NCBI GenBank assembly: GCA_030264375.1
Contig: JASCQW010000072.1
Location: 94,893,044 to 94,957,043, forward strand
Reading direction: 5' to 3'
Length of the DNA stretch: 64,000 bases
Source of the DNA: Carcharhinus longimanus
Taxonomy: Eukaryota
How positions within the stretch are numbered: position 1 is the stretch's first letter; the number at the start of each line of letters is the position of its first letter. The position numbers and the translations under genes are program-made. Positions 13,011 through 25,549 of the stretch are shown piece after piece. The notes below the pieces were generated by a model. That model made no database searches. It was not told the DNA's origin and saw only the letters and a list, made by a program, of their open reading frames with translations.

Positions 13011-13343
13011 GTTAACAAGTCTTATCAATCGACCCTGCACCTCAACAGAATTTAATACCAGGCATCTTTAAATGTGAAGCTGCATGTTTTGCCTCTTGTC
13101 CACGTCCAATATCAACCCCAGTCTGTTGGTTGTCTTTAATGCTTAAAGACAACAAAACTATATAAACACTTACTACACAAATAATCTGAAATCAAATCTC
13201 TAAATCAACATTAAATTAGGGATTTTGTAACAATTTTCTCCTCATATTACAGGAATGCTTGGATATGATTGCTCCCTCTGAAATTTTGTTAAGCTCAAAA
13301 ATTGTCCAGTCCTCCAAATTCTGGTCATTACCCAACAGCCTGT

Positions 13344-13545
13344 TAAAAGCAAAATACTGCGAATGCTGGAATCTGAAACAAAAACAGAAAATGTTGCAAA
13401 ATCTCAGCAGATCTGACAGCATCCGTGGACAGAGAACAGAGCCAATGTTGCGAGTCTGGATGATCCTTTGTCAGAGATTGAACTTTATTCTCTCTCTACA
13501 GATATTGTCAGACCTGCCAAGATTTTGCAGAATTTTCTTTTTCTG
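13344..13545. mobile_element. Penelope-like terminal repeat with inverted partial copy
   Basis: AAAAGCAAAATACTGCGAATGCTGGAATCTGAAACAAAAACAGAAAATG.. arm followed by its reverse complement; decayed hammerhead motif at 13439-13476 on the minus strand. Confidence 0.75.
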
Positions 13546-13685
13546 ATCCAACAGCCCTGTGCTGTGAGCAAGTATCTCAAGGCGTGGAAATATTCCTGTT
13601 TAACTGTAATCTGATTTGATTTATTGTCACATGTATTGGTTATACAGTGAAAAGTATTATTTCTTGCATGCTACACAAAACATAT

Positions 13686-13980
13686 GGGACAGCACAGTGG
13701 TTAGCACTGCTGCCTCTCAGCGCCAGGGACGTGGGTTCAATTCTGGCTTTGGGTGACTGTGTGTGGAATTTGCACATTCTCCCTGTGTCTGTGTAGGGTT
13801 TCCATCAGGTACTCCAGTTTCCTCCTACAGTCCAAAGGATGTGCGGGTTAGGTGGATTGGCCATGATAAATTGACCCTTAGGGTCAAGGGGTTAGCAGGG
13901 GTTACGGGGATAAGGCCTGGGTGGGATTATGGACCCGATGGGCTGAATAGCCTCCTTCTGCACTGTAGGATTCTATCATT
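13686..13980 (+). mobile_element. HE1-like V-SINE
   Basis: A/B boxes (CACAGTGGTTAG, GGTTCAATTC), V-domain, CR1 tail. Confidence 0.9.
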
Positions 13981-14035
13981 GTATGAAATACCATTCATAG
14001 AGACACAGGGGAGAAGAAAAGGAGAGGAAAAAGTA

Positions 14036-14298
14036 AAAAGGTTTATTAGTCACAAGTAAGGCTTACATTAATACTGCAAACTTAGTGAAATTCCCTAGTC
14101 ATTACACTCCCACACCTGTTTAGGTCAAGGCACCAAACCAGCATGTCTTTCAGACTGTGGGAGGAAACCGGAGCATCTGGGGAAAAACCACGCAGACATG
14201 GGGAGAACGTGCAAACTCCACACAGTGAGCCAAGCTGGGAATTGAACTCAGTTCCCTGGTGCTGTGAGGCAGCATGCTAATCACTATGCCACCGTGCC
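14036..14298 (-). mobile_element. V-SINE, alternative-tail variant
   Basis: TTTATTAGTCACAAGTAAGGCTTACATTAA tail plus V-domain and tRNA head on the minus strand. Confidence 0.85.
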
Positions 14299-14724
14299 AT
14301 GCAGAATGTAGGGCTTATGGAATAGTTAGGGTGTACAGAAAGATCAACTTAATGAGGTAGGTCCATTCAAAAGTCTCACGGCAGCAGGGAAGGTGGTGTT
14401 GAGTCAGTTGGTATGTGATCTTTGTATCTTTTTCCCCAAAGAAAGAAGGTGAAAGAGCGTATGTCCAGCCTATAGTCAAGGAGCTTGCCAATGCAGGCTG
14501 TCTAGGCTCAAACAACTATTTGGGCAAGATATAGAAAGGCAAATACTCCAGGGGCACCATACCCCAAATAAGAAATCAATACCTGAAGGAGGGGAAGTAT
14601 GTTGCTATTTAGTTGTTTTATGTTACTATTGCTGGAACCCCTTGCCTACAAGCGCAGTGGAAGCAAAGACAATCAATAATTTGAGGGGAAATTAATTGGG
14701 CATTTAAAGGAGACCAACTAGACA

Positions 14725-15845
14725 GATTGGCCGGGTGGTTAACAGTGAGTTTGAGTGTCTTGGGTTACAGAAAGATATAGACAAGATGGTCAAATGGGTG
14801 GATGAATGTCAGATGGAACTTAACCCTGAGAAGTGTGAGGTGATGCACTTTGGGAGGAATAATTTGACAAGGAAGTATATTATGAAAGGTCTGTCACTCG
14901 GAAGTTCCAAAGAACAAAGGGACCTTGCTGAAATTGTCCACAGATCTCTGAAGGTGGAAAGGCAGGTAAATAGGGTGGTGACAAAGGCACATGGCACACT
15001 GGTCTTTATCAATCAGGCTATAGATTACCAAAGCAGAGAGGTCATGATGGAGTTGTATAGAACTTTGGTGAGGCCACAGCTGGCGTGCTATGTGCAGTTC
15101 TGGTCACATTATAGGAAGGACTTGAACGCACTGGAGAGGATGCGGAGGAGATTCACCAGGATGCTGCCAAGGATGGAACATTTAAGTTAAGAAAGGTTGG
15201 ATAGGCTTGGGTTATTTTTGTTGGAGTAGAGAAGACTGAGGGGTGACCTGATCGAGGTGTTCAAGATTATGAGGATATGGTGGATAGGGAGCAGCTGTTC
15301 CCCTTAGTTGAAGGGTCAGTNNNNNNNNNNNNNNNNNNNNNNNNNNNNNNNNNNNNNNNNNNNNNNNNNNNNNNNNNNNNNNNNNNNNNNNNNNNNNNNN
15401 NNNNNNNNNNNNNNNNNNNNAGGCTGGTTTGTGTGATGGATTGGGCTACGTTCATGACCTTTTGTAGTTTCTTGCTGTCTTGGTCAGTGCAGGAGCCATA
15501 CCAAGCTGTGACACACCAGAAAGAATGCTTTCCATGGTGCATCTGTAAAAGTTGGTAGAGTCGTAAGTCGCAAGTTAAAAGTGAGAGGTGGGAGGTTTCG
15601 GGGGAATTTGAGAAAAATCTCTTTACTCAGAGGGTGGTGACGGTCTGGAATGCACTACCTGGGAGGGTGATGGAGGCGGTTGCCTCACATCCTTTAAAAG
15701 TACCTGGATGAGTACTTGGCATGCAATAGCATGCAAGGCTATGGGCCAAGTGCTGGCAAGAGAGATTAGGTAGGCAGGTCAGGGCATCTCATGCGCTGGC
15801 GCAGACTTGATAGGCTGAAGGGCCTCTTCTGCACTATAGTGATTC
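14725..15845 (+). mobile_element. CR1 LINE ORF2 C-terminus and 3' end (spans a gap)
   Basis: LQKDIDKMVKWVDECQMELNPEKCEVMHFG..LYRTLVRPQLACYVQFWS..RRRFTRM; CR1 tail. Confidence 0.9.
15421..15562 (-). mobile_element. Rex1/Babar fragment inside CR1
   Basis: VTAWYGSCTDQDSKKLQKVMNVAQSITQTS. Confidence 0.8.
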
Positions 15846-16754
15846 GGTGAACTTGCAGATGTATGGAAGCAAGGGACTGACTGGATTGCTCAGTGCAATG
15901 GCCTGGATAATCTACATCTACACCATAAATGTACAGAGAATTTTGAAAGAATTAACAAATTCTGCCACTGATATCACAAATCTTGGAGTTGGATTCCAAA
16001 ATCTTCCACAACTCTTCATAATTATAAACATACACAAAACCATAAACAAGTTTCAAAAGGTAAAAATTGTTGCAGCATTAACACGCCCGAGTTAGAATTG
16101 CATGTTAACCCAACACACAGCACATTATTTAATGCAGCTTTTATATCACACCTTTGCTGTTACATTGGAGCTGTTTAGCAGAATAGTACTAAAATTGTAT
16201 TGTTGGGAATCTCCATTCTACTCTCAAGTAGTTGCAAATAAATGTAAGAATGCCAGGATTCACCAAGACCTGCGCCCACAAAAGATCCACTAAACAGAGC
16301 TCTCAATCTGAGTGGGCTCTTGAGCTTTACATTTGTCCACTGAGCTGCACAAAACACACACTTCTAGGACCCACTGGCACTAACACTGGGATACAATATA
16401 AAACAGCCTCCATTGTTGAAGTCTGTAGTCTAAAGCAAGGCATTCTAGAAAGGGTGAAATTATAGAAAATATTGCACAATAGTTTTAAAGGAGTTAAATT
16501 ACTGTGGGATTCTAAAACGTTGATAGAATAGCTATAGGAGTCCAGGAAAGTGCATATTTTGAAAATACCATATCGATTACCATTACATTCCAATTAGCCT
16601 CGGAGTGTTANNNNNNNNNNNNNNNNNNNNNGAAAAAAAACCCCACAACTTAGTTATAGATTTTTCTATTTCTAGCTTGACTTCTGCCTGAAGTGTGCGC
16701 TTTTTATTATATGAGCACTAGGGTGAAGTAAGGTTGCATGACTGTCACTGGAAG

Positions 16755-17068
16755 GGGAGATGGTGGTGTAATGACAATATCGGAGGCTTCCTAACTCAGA
16801 ACTCCAGACTAATACTCAGCGAACAAATCTCACCATGGCAAATGACAACCATTATTATTTGTTGTAAAAGCTAGGTAATGGCCTTTACAGGAGGAAATCT
16901 GCTGTCCTAATTCAGCCAGACCAGCATGTAACCCAGATTCATAGCAATGTGGTTGACTCTTGACCACCCTTTGAAATGTCCTAGTGAACCACTCAATTCA
17001 AGGTCAGTTAGGGATGGGTAACAAATGCTGGTCTTGCCAGTGGCGCCCACATCCCACAAAGAAAAAAT
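16755..17068 (+). mobile_element. Second tRNA-derived SINE family with CR1-family-2 tail
   Basis: GGAAATCTGCTGTCC..AGCAATGTGGTTGACTCTT..AGGGATGGGTAACAAATGCTGG..GCCCACATCCC; further copies at 24170 and 35450. Confidence 0.7.
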
Positions 17069-17152
17069 CCTGTGAGAGCAATTTGAAGTAATGAATTAAG
17101 AGCATCACACAACACCATTACCATTCTGTTGGCCTAAATGTACAAACATGAT

Positions 17153-17460
17153 AATCATAGAATCCCTACGATGCAGGATGAAGGCATTTGGCCCATCAAG
17201 CCTGCACCAACTCTTCAACAGAGCTTCTTACCCAGGCCCTATCCTCATAAACCCACTTACTCATCCCGGTGATCCCTCTAACCCACACATCCTGGGACAG
17301 TAAGAGGCAATTTAGCATGGCCAATTCATCTAACCTACACATTTTGACTTGGAAGGGAACACCCAAGCAGACACAGGGAGAACATGCAAATGCCAACAGT
17401 CACACTAACCCAGAACAGAGCCTAGGTCCTTGGCACTGCAAGGCAAACTGCTATGCTGCT
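17153..17460 (-). mobile_element. HE1-like V-SINE (diverged)
   Basis: CATAGAATCCCTAC tail and V-domain remnants. Confidence 0.8.
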
Positions 17461-19352
17461 GATCAGTCCATTGCTTCTGGCCACATGTAATACATTAAGC
17501 AGTGGTTGCAACTTAAATAACTACAGTGAACTTACATAGAGAGATGTTTAGAAGTACACAAAAGCACACATGCATTTTTCAGAAAATGGCCAACCAGGAA
17601 ACTAAACAACAATAACTAGCACAGACGTAGAATCTAACAAGTCCAGTTCAATGAGTATAACTACTTAGATTCAAAAATTGATGTAATGTGAATTCTTATC
17701 CAAGGTAATCAATACTTTAACAAAGAAAGTACTTGGATAAACATGTCTATGAATAGACATAATAATATATTCACTGCAACATGTGAAACCTATAATTAGC
17801 CATTTAATTACCATGATCATAATGTTCATACAATTATGAAGGCAAAGTAAAAATATTTCCTGAATGTGTCCCTAAGAAACAGAATTTTCTCCCCAAGAAA
17901 AAAAGAAATACCATTTACAGAACTGTGATTATTAACTTTAATAATATTTAAGATGACCCTCTTGATATTTTTGGGAATGATTGACAATTGTACCAAACCA
18001 GAGTCAGGAAAACATGCAATGCAGCCGGTTGACAGTTTAAGTCTTAGATATCTTGGAGAGATTTACATCAAGCACAAAAGGAATAAAAAAAACTGGTGGA
18101 TAAAATGATCTGGATCTACTCTTATGACTGGAAGCTACAAAATAATAAGTATTCAACAAAGAATCAAACTATGAATTTAGGATTGTGCTTCAGTTCTTCT
18201 GCCTCTGCATCATTAGATGTAAAGAACCTGAAATTCCTCATCTAGGTCAACAGATTTAGTCACTTTGACAGATGACACAGGCTTGCAGAAGCAAAGAGAA
18301 AAATAACCTTCATAATGGTAATTTTCATTAACTATAATACACTTCCCTCAACATCTCCCTACCTTTGTTGGCTCCCCACCCCTCCAATTCCCTCCCACTC
18401 TAGAAGATTCCTTGTCAGTAAGGTTCCGCACCACATGAGCAGCTAAACTGTTCATTTGTGAAGTATTAAGCAGTTTATACGTCCTTGTCTCAATAAACGG
18501 CAGAACTGAACAACATGGTGACAAATAACCAGCAAAGCTGTGTCACAGACACAGCACAGTCCAAGTGAGACCTTAACCCATACACTTCAGTCAGCTGTTT
18601 CGTCACAAGATAAGCAAAGCAGGTTCCTATATAAAAACAATTGCAACTCATCACACCTTGATCTGCATAGTAATCTTCTAGCAGCTTGTATTCCATCCTT
18701 ACCTTTCAGGCTATAATTACAGCAACATGCTCACACATATTCATTTGATCGGCACAGAACAAACATTCACCTCAAAACTTGCATGCTGATCTTGAAATCT
18801 CAAGTGGCTCAGATGTGACACCCTTTGTGCCAATTTACTAGAGAAAGTTCTTGCGCTCCTTCACTTAGGCTATAATCACTAGTCTCATGCTGCCATGATA
18901 GAATCATCGTTTAATTAAAAAGGAGCCAATTCAACGTGACTCATAGCAGCCTCATTTTTAAACATCAAAACTGGTTTGAATCACACACACACATATGTAA
19001 TTCAGTGCAGTCTTGGAAACCATGATAGGATTAACAACTCTGGATGCATATGCAACCTATACCCCAATCTATTGTCACAACATTTTAATTGAAATGAAAG
19101 GTGGCATCACTAGTACTCCCCAAGAACTTTTCAGTGTATAGATTATCAGAGGGACTATGCCCTTTATTTATACATCCTTACCTACCATAAAACCATGTTA
19201 ACAGAGAAATCATTTGACAACCCTCTGAGCCTCACAACTGAAGTATTTATAATTGGGAACCATACAGAACAACATAAATTCTAATGCAATGAGGAAGGGA
19301 TCCTTTTTTCTCTCCAAAATAATTGAACCTTCTGCCATTAAACAGCAATTTC

Positions 19353-19630
19353 AGTTTAAAGTTTATTTATGAGGTGTCACAAGTAGGCTTACATTAAACA
19401 CTGCAATGAAGTTACGGTGAAAATACACTAGTCACCACACTCTGGTGCCTATTTGGGTACACCGAGGAAGAATTTAGCACGGCCAATGCACCTAACCAGC
19501 ACGTCTTTCAGACTGTGGGAGGAAACCAGAGTATCCAGAGGAAACCCATGCAGACACAGGGAGAATGTGCAGACTCTGTAAAGACAATGACCCAAGCACT
19601 GTGAGGCAGCAGTGCTCACCACTGTGCCAC
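19353..19630 (-). mobile_element. V-SINE, alternative-tail variant
   Basis: GTCACAAGTAGGCTTACATTAAACACTGCAATGAAGTTAC tail plus V-domain. Confidence 0.85.
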
Positions 19631-20374
19631 ATATTCTCTCTCCTGGTTAGTATTTCACACAACCAATTTCTGGCCAAAACAGTAGCTGGTTGCCTGTCAA
19701 ACAACAGGGTCTTAAAAACAAAGCCAATCTGCAACAGTATCTGGCTAAAACAAAACTGACCATGCAACGGGTTTAAAACTATTGCTGTGTTGAAACAGTG
19801 GGGCTTTGGTAGACAGATCCAAAAGCTTGACAAGCCTCACAGGTTATTCACAAGTTTTGATGATTTGACTTCATTAGGAAGCAGTCTGAAGTAAAGGTGC
19901 TACTCTTCTGCCATAGGCACAAATTTGAAATGTAAACTGTCTGACTTACCTTGCTCAAGCAGCAACCTCAATTTTGAAAGGTGGAGACTGAAATATGATC
20001 TTCATGTGGTGTTCAAACTAATGAAAAGGTGTGGTAAAAGTACATCAGAAAGCACTTTTATTTCACCAGCTATTTCATTGGAAACATGGGAACATAAAAT
20101 TAAACTCACACGGGGCAAAGATGGATGAGATGCTGTTTATGCAAAGATCGATACATGGAATAGATTTCCAAATAGTGATGGAAACAAAAAGCCTGATTTT
20201 CTGAGAACTATTTTTAATCATAATTAAAACTAAAATATTTTGGCTACCTAACACCTTTATCTCAAAGCACTTCATGGACATTAAAATAGTTTAGAAGTGT
20301 GCTCACTGTTGTAAGGTACAGAAATGCAGCAGCCAAAGGAAGGTGATGGCCCAGTGGTATTGTCTTAGATTACT

Positions 20375-20476
20375 GGGTGGCACGGTACCACAGTGGTTAG
20401 CACTGCTGCTTTACAGCTCCAGGGACCCGGGTTCGATTCCCAGCTTGGGTCACTGTCTGTGTGGAGTTTGCACATT
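20375..20476 (+). mobile_element. V-SINE 5' part (runs into gap)
   Basis: GGGTGGCACGGTACCACAGTGGTTAGCACTGCTGC..GGGTTCGATTCCC. Confidence 0.85.
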
Positions 20477-20874
20477 NNNNNNNNNNNNNNNNNNNNNNNN
20501 NNNNNNNNNNNNNNNNNNNNNNNNNNNNNNNNNNNNNNNNNNNNNNNNNNNNNNNNNNNNNNNNNNNNNNNNNNNNGCCATGATCTTATTGAATGGTGGG
20601 GCAGGCTCGAAGGGCTAGATGGCCTACTCCTGCTCCTATTTCTTATGTTCTAATGTTCACAAGTGAATAAAATAAAATTTAGAAAGTTCAATCTCACGTT
20701 ACCAGGTAAATTAAATATTCCTGCATGAATATAAGCCCAGGTTGAACGATATCTTTAGTACATTCCCCTGAAGATTAAGGCAGATGCTCTTCAACTTTCT
20801 TAGGGTCAGGAAACGTCCTGAATTTAACCAAAATGAGTATGGCTTGTAGCCTCTTAAATTCAAATCATATTGAA

Positions 20875-21173
20875 GGGGTGGCACAGTAGCACAGTGGTTA
20901 GCACTGCTGCTTCACAGCTCCAGGGACCTGGTTTTTGATTCCTGGCTTGGGTCACTGTCTGTGTGGAGTTTGCACATTCTCCTCGTGTCTGCGTAGGTTT
21001 CCTCCCACAGTCCAAAGATGTGAGGGTTAGGTTATGCTAAAATTGTCCCTTAGTGTCCTGAGATGCGTAGGTTAGAGGGATTAGCAGGTTAATGTGTAGG
21101 GATAGGTGGGATTGTGGTCGGTGCAGACTCGATGGGCCAGATAACCACTTTCTGCACTGTAGGGTTGCTATGA
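20875..21173 (+). mobile_element. HE1-like V-SINE
   Basis: tRNA head, V-domain, CR1 tail. Confidence 0.9.
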
Positions 21174-21395
21174 ATTTACTCAGAGCAAAGGTCCAAACAA
21201 ACAATTAATAGACAAATGACCACGTAATTAGTTTCAGTGCTGCTAGTTGAGAGATAAGTATTTGCCAGGATAATGAAAGTATTCCACCGATCTTCTAAAC
21301 CACATTAGAGGCAAATGAGGCCTTTGCCTAACATCTCCTCTTAAAGACACACCGCTGCAAACGCAGCATTCAGTACTATCAGCTGAGATTATAAA

Positions 21396-21686
21396 GGGCA
21401 GCACAGTGGTATAGTGGTTAGCACTGCTGCCACAGAGCGCCAGGGACCCAGGTCAATTCCTGGCTTGGGTCAATTTCACTGTAGAGTCTGCAGGTTCTCC
21501 CAATGTCTGCATGGATTTTCTCCCACAATCCTAAAGGCACGCTGGTTAGATGCATTGGCCATGCTAAATTCTCCTTCAGCACACCCGAACAGGCACCAGA
21601 GTGTAGCAACTAGGGGATTTTCACAGTAACTTCACTGCAGTGTAAAGTAAGCCTATTTGTAACCCTAATAAGCAAATAAACAAACT
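21396..21686 (+). mobile_element. V-SINE, alternative-tail variant
   Basis: tRNA head plus GGATTTTCACAGTAACTTCACTGCAGTGT tail. Confidence 0.85.
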
Positions 21687-22325
21687 TACTACACTCCAAT
21701 CTCTACAATGGGATCTGGATCCATAGGCTTCTGATTCAGAGGCCAGCTCGCTGCCATTGAACCAAACCTATATCTAAACTGTCTGGGATTTAGTGTTAGT
21801 CCAGATGCAAAAGTTCAAATCTGTGACGTTAGATGACACAGGACACATGCCAATTAATGGCAAATGACAGGTTCTAGTTTGAATAAATTCCAAATTCTTA
21901 ACGGCTCCATCAAGGGGAAAAGCTGAACAGATGCATCTGTCTTACGCCTGGGGAAAAGGAATGGAGCATGTGGCAGACAAACCACTCAGGCATTTTCAAA
22001 ATATGTGACTAGTTCAGGAAAAGCAGCCTGGTTTTAGAACAGACGGAGTACAATTACTATAATGGCTGGCAAAGGACATACAACAGTGATAAGAATATGG
22101 AACATGCTGCCAAAAGGACCAGTCAAGGCAAATAACACGGATGCATTTAAGAAGAATCTAGATAAACACAAGGGGGGAAGGAATAGTAGGATATGCTGAT
22201 AGGGTTAGATGAAGAGGTGCTGGAGTAGGCTTGTGTGGAGCACGGGTGACACTATAGAGCAATCAGGCCAAATGGTTTGCTCCCATGCTGTAGATGCAAT
22301 GTTAGCCTCAGAAATGTTGTGAATG

Positions 22326-22592
22326 TTTAAAGTTTATTTATTAATGTCACAAGTCAGCTTACATTAACACCAAAATTAAGTCAACTGTGAAAATCCACTA
22401 GTCACCACACTCCTACATCTGTTCGGGTACATTGAGGGAGAATTTAGCATGACCAATGCACTTAGCCAGCACATCTTTCAGACTGTGGGAGGGCACTGAA
22501 GCACCCAGAGGAAATGCAGACATGGGGAAAACACCTCAGATAATGACCCAAGCCGGGAATCGAACCCTGGCGCAGTGAAGCAGCAATGCCAG
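22326..22592 (-). mobile_element. V-SINE, alternative-tail variant
   Basis: AAAGTTTATTTATTAATGTCACAAG..GTGAAAATCC tail plus V-domain. Confidence 0.8.
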
Positions 22593-22859
22593 TGTCCAGC
22601 AAGAGGGATATTAGTTTTACATCTTTTTCTTTAAGAAAAAAGAAAACTGCATCATATTAAATGAAAATGTTTGCATATAGATCAGACTGGGGAAACCACA
22701 GGTTCTCAATGGAAAACCAATAATGCTTCCTCAATACTGTGTCCCCGAGCTGCAAATAATAAAGTCTGGTGTGGTTTTAAATAAATACTCCTTGAAAGAA
22801 ATGGTCTAGAATAATTTCCACAGAGCCTGAACTGGGTATGCCAGTGATGAGTGAATCTT

Positions 22860-24165
22860 TCTTGAGGCGTGTGAAGGATAGAATGAACATTCCACCAGCA
22901 GCACTCAAAAGGGGTGTGCAGCAGAGCTTTAATAATACGCCCATAGCCAATCACAGCACTAACCCCCATTCATTCAATGGTGATGGAAATAGGCAGCTCG
23001 ATTCCTTTTAAATACACAAGCGTTTAGAAAACAGGACTTGGTGTGCTAGTGTGGAACTGTCGACGGTGGCGCGTTTTTTAGCCTTTGGATTTAATAGTGG
23101 TCCCTGTTAGTTATTCACTTCAGTGTCTTGGGCTCCAAAGGCAGTGTTGAAAGAGCAACCTTTATGCGTTCCCGTCCCCCTTCAACATTTCACTCTACTT
23201 TCAATTTGCTCACTCAGCCCTGCCACTGTTACAGAGACCCACACAACAAGTCTGCTTGGGTTTACTTTACAACAAGGAGAGAACTGTGGAGGCACTTATT
23301 TAGTGTCTACAATACTGTTAATTTTTATCTACACCAAGTGTCCAGACCTATCCTCCCCACCCTCCAGCCTCCTTCAATATAATGTACATTTCGCACACGT
23401 AACTTGTGCTTTCCCACGTTCATAATGGAGACACTGTCACAATCAGCTTGGTGAATAAGAGTAAGTGAAATAAGGAAAGTTAGAGGCTGTGCAGTAACAT
23501 CTTCTCAATATAACGAAAGCAAAAGTTAGGTTAATCAAAAGTACTCAGTAATCGGATATTTAATATTTATACGAAATTACCCAGAAAAGGGGAGAGGGGG
23601 GAAGAAGAGGGACAAGTAAACATACCTTCCAGACTCTCAAAAGAACCAGGAGTTCTTTGTACGACAGGGAATATATTCGAACCCCAGTCACAGAGAAACG
23701 AAACTGCCAAACCACTCTCTATCCAATCCACTTTGTTTTGAAACCACCAATTCATTTTCACATGAAACTGACTCGAGCAATCCAACTCCCACGAAGGTGC
23801 ACTCCCTCATAGGTCATCAGACGTAAATAGTATCAGCTCATGAGAACACGCCCCTCTCAGGAATTTCTATTGACTGAGACCAACTGTTAACAAAAGTAGA
23901 AGAACGTCCCGCACATCACAAGCACATACTAATGTGCACTTTCTGACGAGCTACACCAAAAGCAAGTCACCATCCCAGCTCTCTGCGAACATCAAAAGCA
24001 AATTCAGTCTCTTTCATCCCGAAATGATCTTGCAAGATTTAAAAAGCATTTCTCTTTCAAACACTGGGCACTCAGCATGAAACAGGTAATCATTTTGACC
24101 TGCGCTTTAGCCCCGCGCTTTAGCCCCATGCAAACTACAAGAGGGAGGAGACACTTTTGCACGTG
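22860..24165 (-). promoter_or_regulatory. Candidate promoter/enhancer region
   Basis: Repeat-free and visibly CpG-retaining against a CpG-depleted background; AGCCAATCA (CCAAT), CATTCC, CACGCCCC, CACGTG; strong minus donor AAG|GTATGT at 23626. Confidence 0.4.
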
Positions 24166-24169
24166 ATTT

Positions 24170-24415
24170 TTTTTATAACTCATTGGTGGGACATGGGCAT
24201 GGCTGGCTGGCTAGCATTTATTGCCCATCCCTAGTTGCCCTTGGAGGGCGATTGAGAGTCAACCAATTGCTGTGGCTCTGGAATCACATGTAGGTCAGAC
24301 CAGGTAAGGAGGGCAGATTTCACTTCCTTCCCTAAAGGACATTAGTGAACTAGATGGGTTTTTCAGCAATTGACAATGGCTTCATAGTCATCAGTAAATT
24401 CTTAATTCTAGAATT
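24170..24415 (-). mobile_element. SINE family 2, 3' part
   Basis: Reverse copy of the 16755 family (GGGACATGGGCATGGCTGG..GGCAGATTTC..TAAAGGACATTAGTGAAC). Confidence 0.75.
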
Positions 24416-24449
24416 TTTCTCACTGAGGAATGTAATATTTGAGATTCCT

Positions 24450-25005
24450 TCGGAAGACCACACCTCGAATATTGTGTACAGCTTTGGTTGCCTTATTTAA
24501 GGAAAGTTGTAAAAGCATTGTATGCAGTTCAGAGGAGGATTGCTAACTGGAATGAACAGATTGTGTTATAAGATCAGAAAGGCTGGGCTTGTTTCCACTA
24601 GACTTTAGAAGAGTGAGGGGGTAACTTGGTTGAAGTATATAACATCCTGAAGAGTATTGACAAGTTGGATGTGGACAGGGTGTTTCCTCTTGTGGACAAG
24701 TCCTGAACTAAAGGGACACTGTTTAAAAATTAAGGATCACTCTTATAGGACAGAGATGAGTTTTTTTTCCTCTGGAGGGTTGAGACACTTTAGAAAACTC
24801 TGCCCTCAGAAGGTGGCAGAGGCAGGGTCATTGAATATTTTAAGGCAGAAATAGTTAGATTCTTGTAGGCAAGGGAATCAAACTTGAGGTAGATTGGAAT
24901 GTGGAATTTAACACAAACAGATCAGCCATGACCTTATTAAATGGCACTGCAGGCTTGATGGGTCAAATGGCTTACTTCTGCCCCTATTTCATATGTTTAC
25001 ATGTT
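24450..25005 (+). mobile_element. CR1 LINE 3' fragment
   Basis: RPHLEYCVQLWLPYLRK..GHCLKIK; CR1 tail. Confidence 0.85.
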
Positions 25006-25126
25006 CATGCACACAAATCAAGGAAGGCCCATGTTTGACCTGTGTTCTATGCCCATTTAGTTGATTTCAGCTACAATTGAGTTGATGTGATGCACAGACC
25101 TCACCAAGCTCAGATTAGGAAACAAA

Positions 25127-25410
25127 GGACGGCACAGTTGCATAGTGTTTAGCACTGCTGCCTCACAGTGCCAGGGAGTCAGGTTTGATTCTTGGATTGG
25201 ATCACTGTCTGCGTGAAGTTTGCACATTCTTCACTTGTTTATGTAGCTTTCCTCCACGTGCTCCAGTTTCCTCCCACATTCTGAAAGACATGCTGGTTAG
25301 GTGCACTGACCCAAACAAGTGCCAAACTGTGGTGACTAGGACAATTTCACAAGTAACTTCATTACAGTGTTAATGTAAGCCTTACTTGTGACTAATAAAC
25401 AAAAACTTTA
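25127..25410 (+). mobile_element. V-SINE, alternative-tail variant
   Basis: tRNA head, V-domain, GTAACTTCATTACAGTGTTAATGTAAGCCTTACTTGTGACTAATAAAC. Confidence 0.85.
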
Positions 25411-25549
25411 CTTTTTAATATCAACTCGGTTCTTGCCCGCTCCTCCCCCAGTGATTTTCTGCTGAAGATACATCTGTCTTCATAGAAGTATTTTGGAAGA
25501 ACACATCTCAAGCCCAAAGGAGGTGGTATTAAGAGGGGTGAAAAATAGT

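Larger units (their letters stand above)
13610..14470 (-). mobile_element. Rex1/Babar 3' end interrupted by two SINEs
   Basis: Pieces 13610-13684, 13985-14030 and 14299-14470 are colinear with the reverse of 8102-8840. Confidence 0.8.
20250..21765 (-). mobile_element. DeuSINE-like element broken by later insertions
   Basis: L2-like tail 20250-20340, Deu-like core 21176-21390 (GTTGAGAGATAAGTATTTGCCAGG), tRNA-like head 21690-21765. Confidence 0.5.

Noticed and set aside
24102-24127. 13-bp tandem duplication GCGCTTTAGCCCC
   Set aside because: Two copies only, consistent with ordinary slippage
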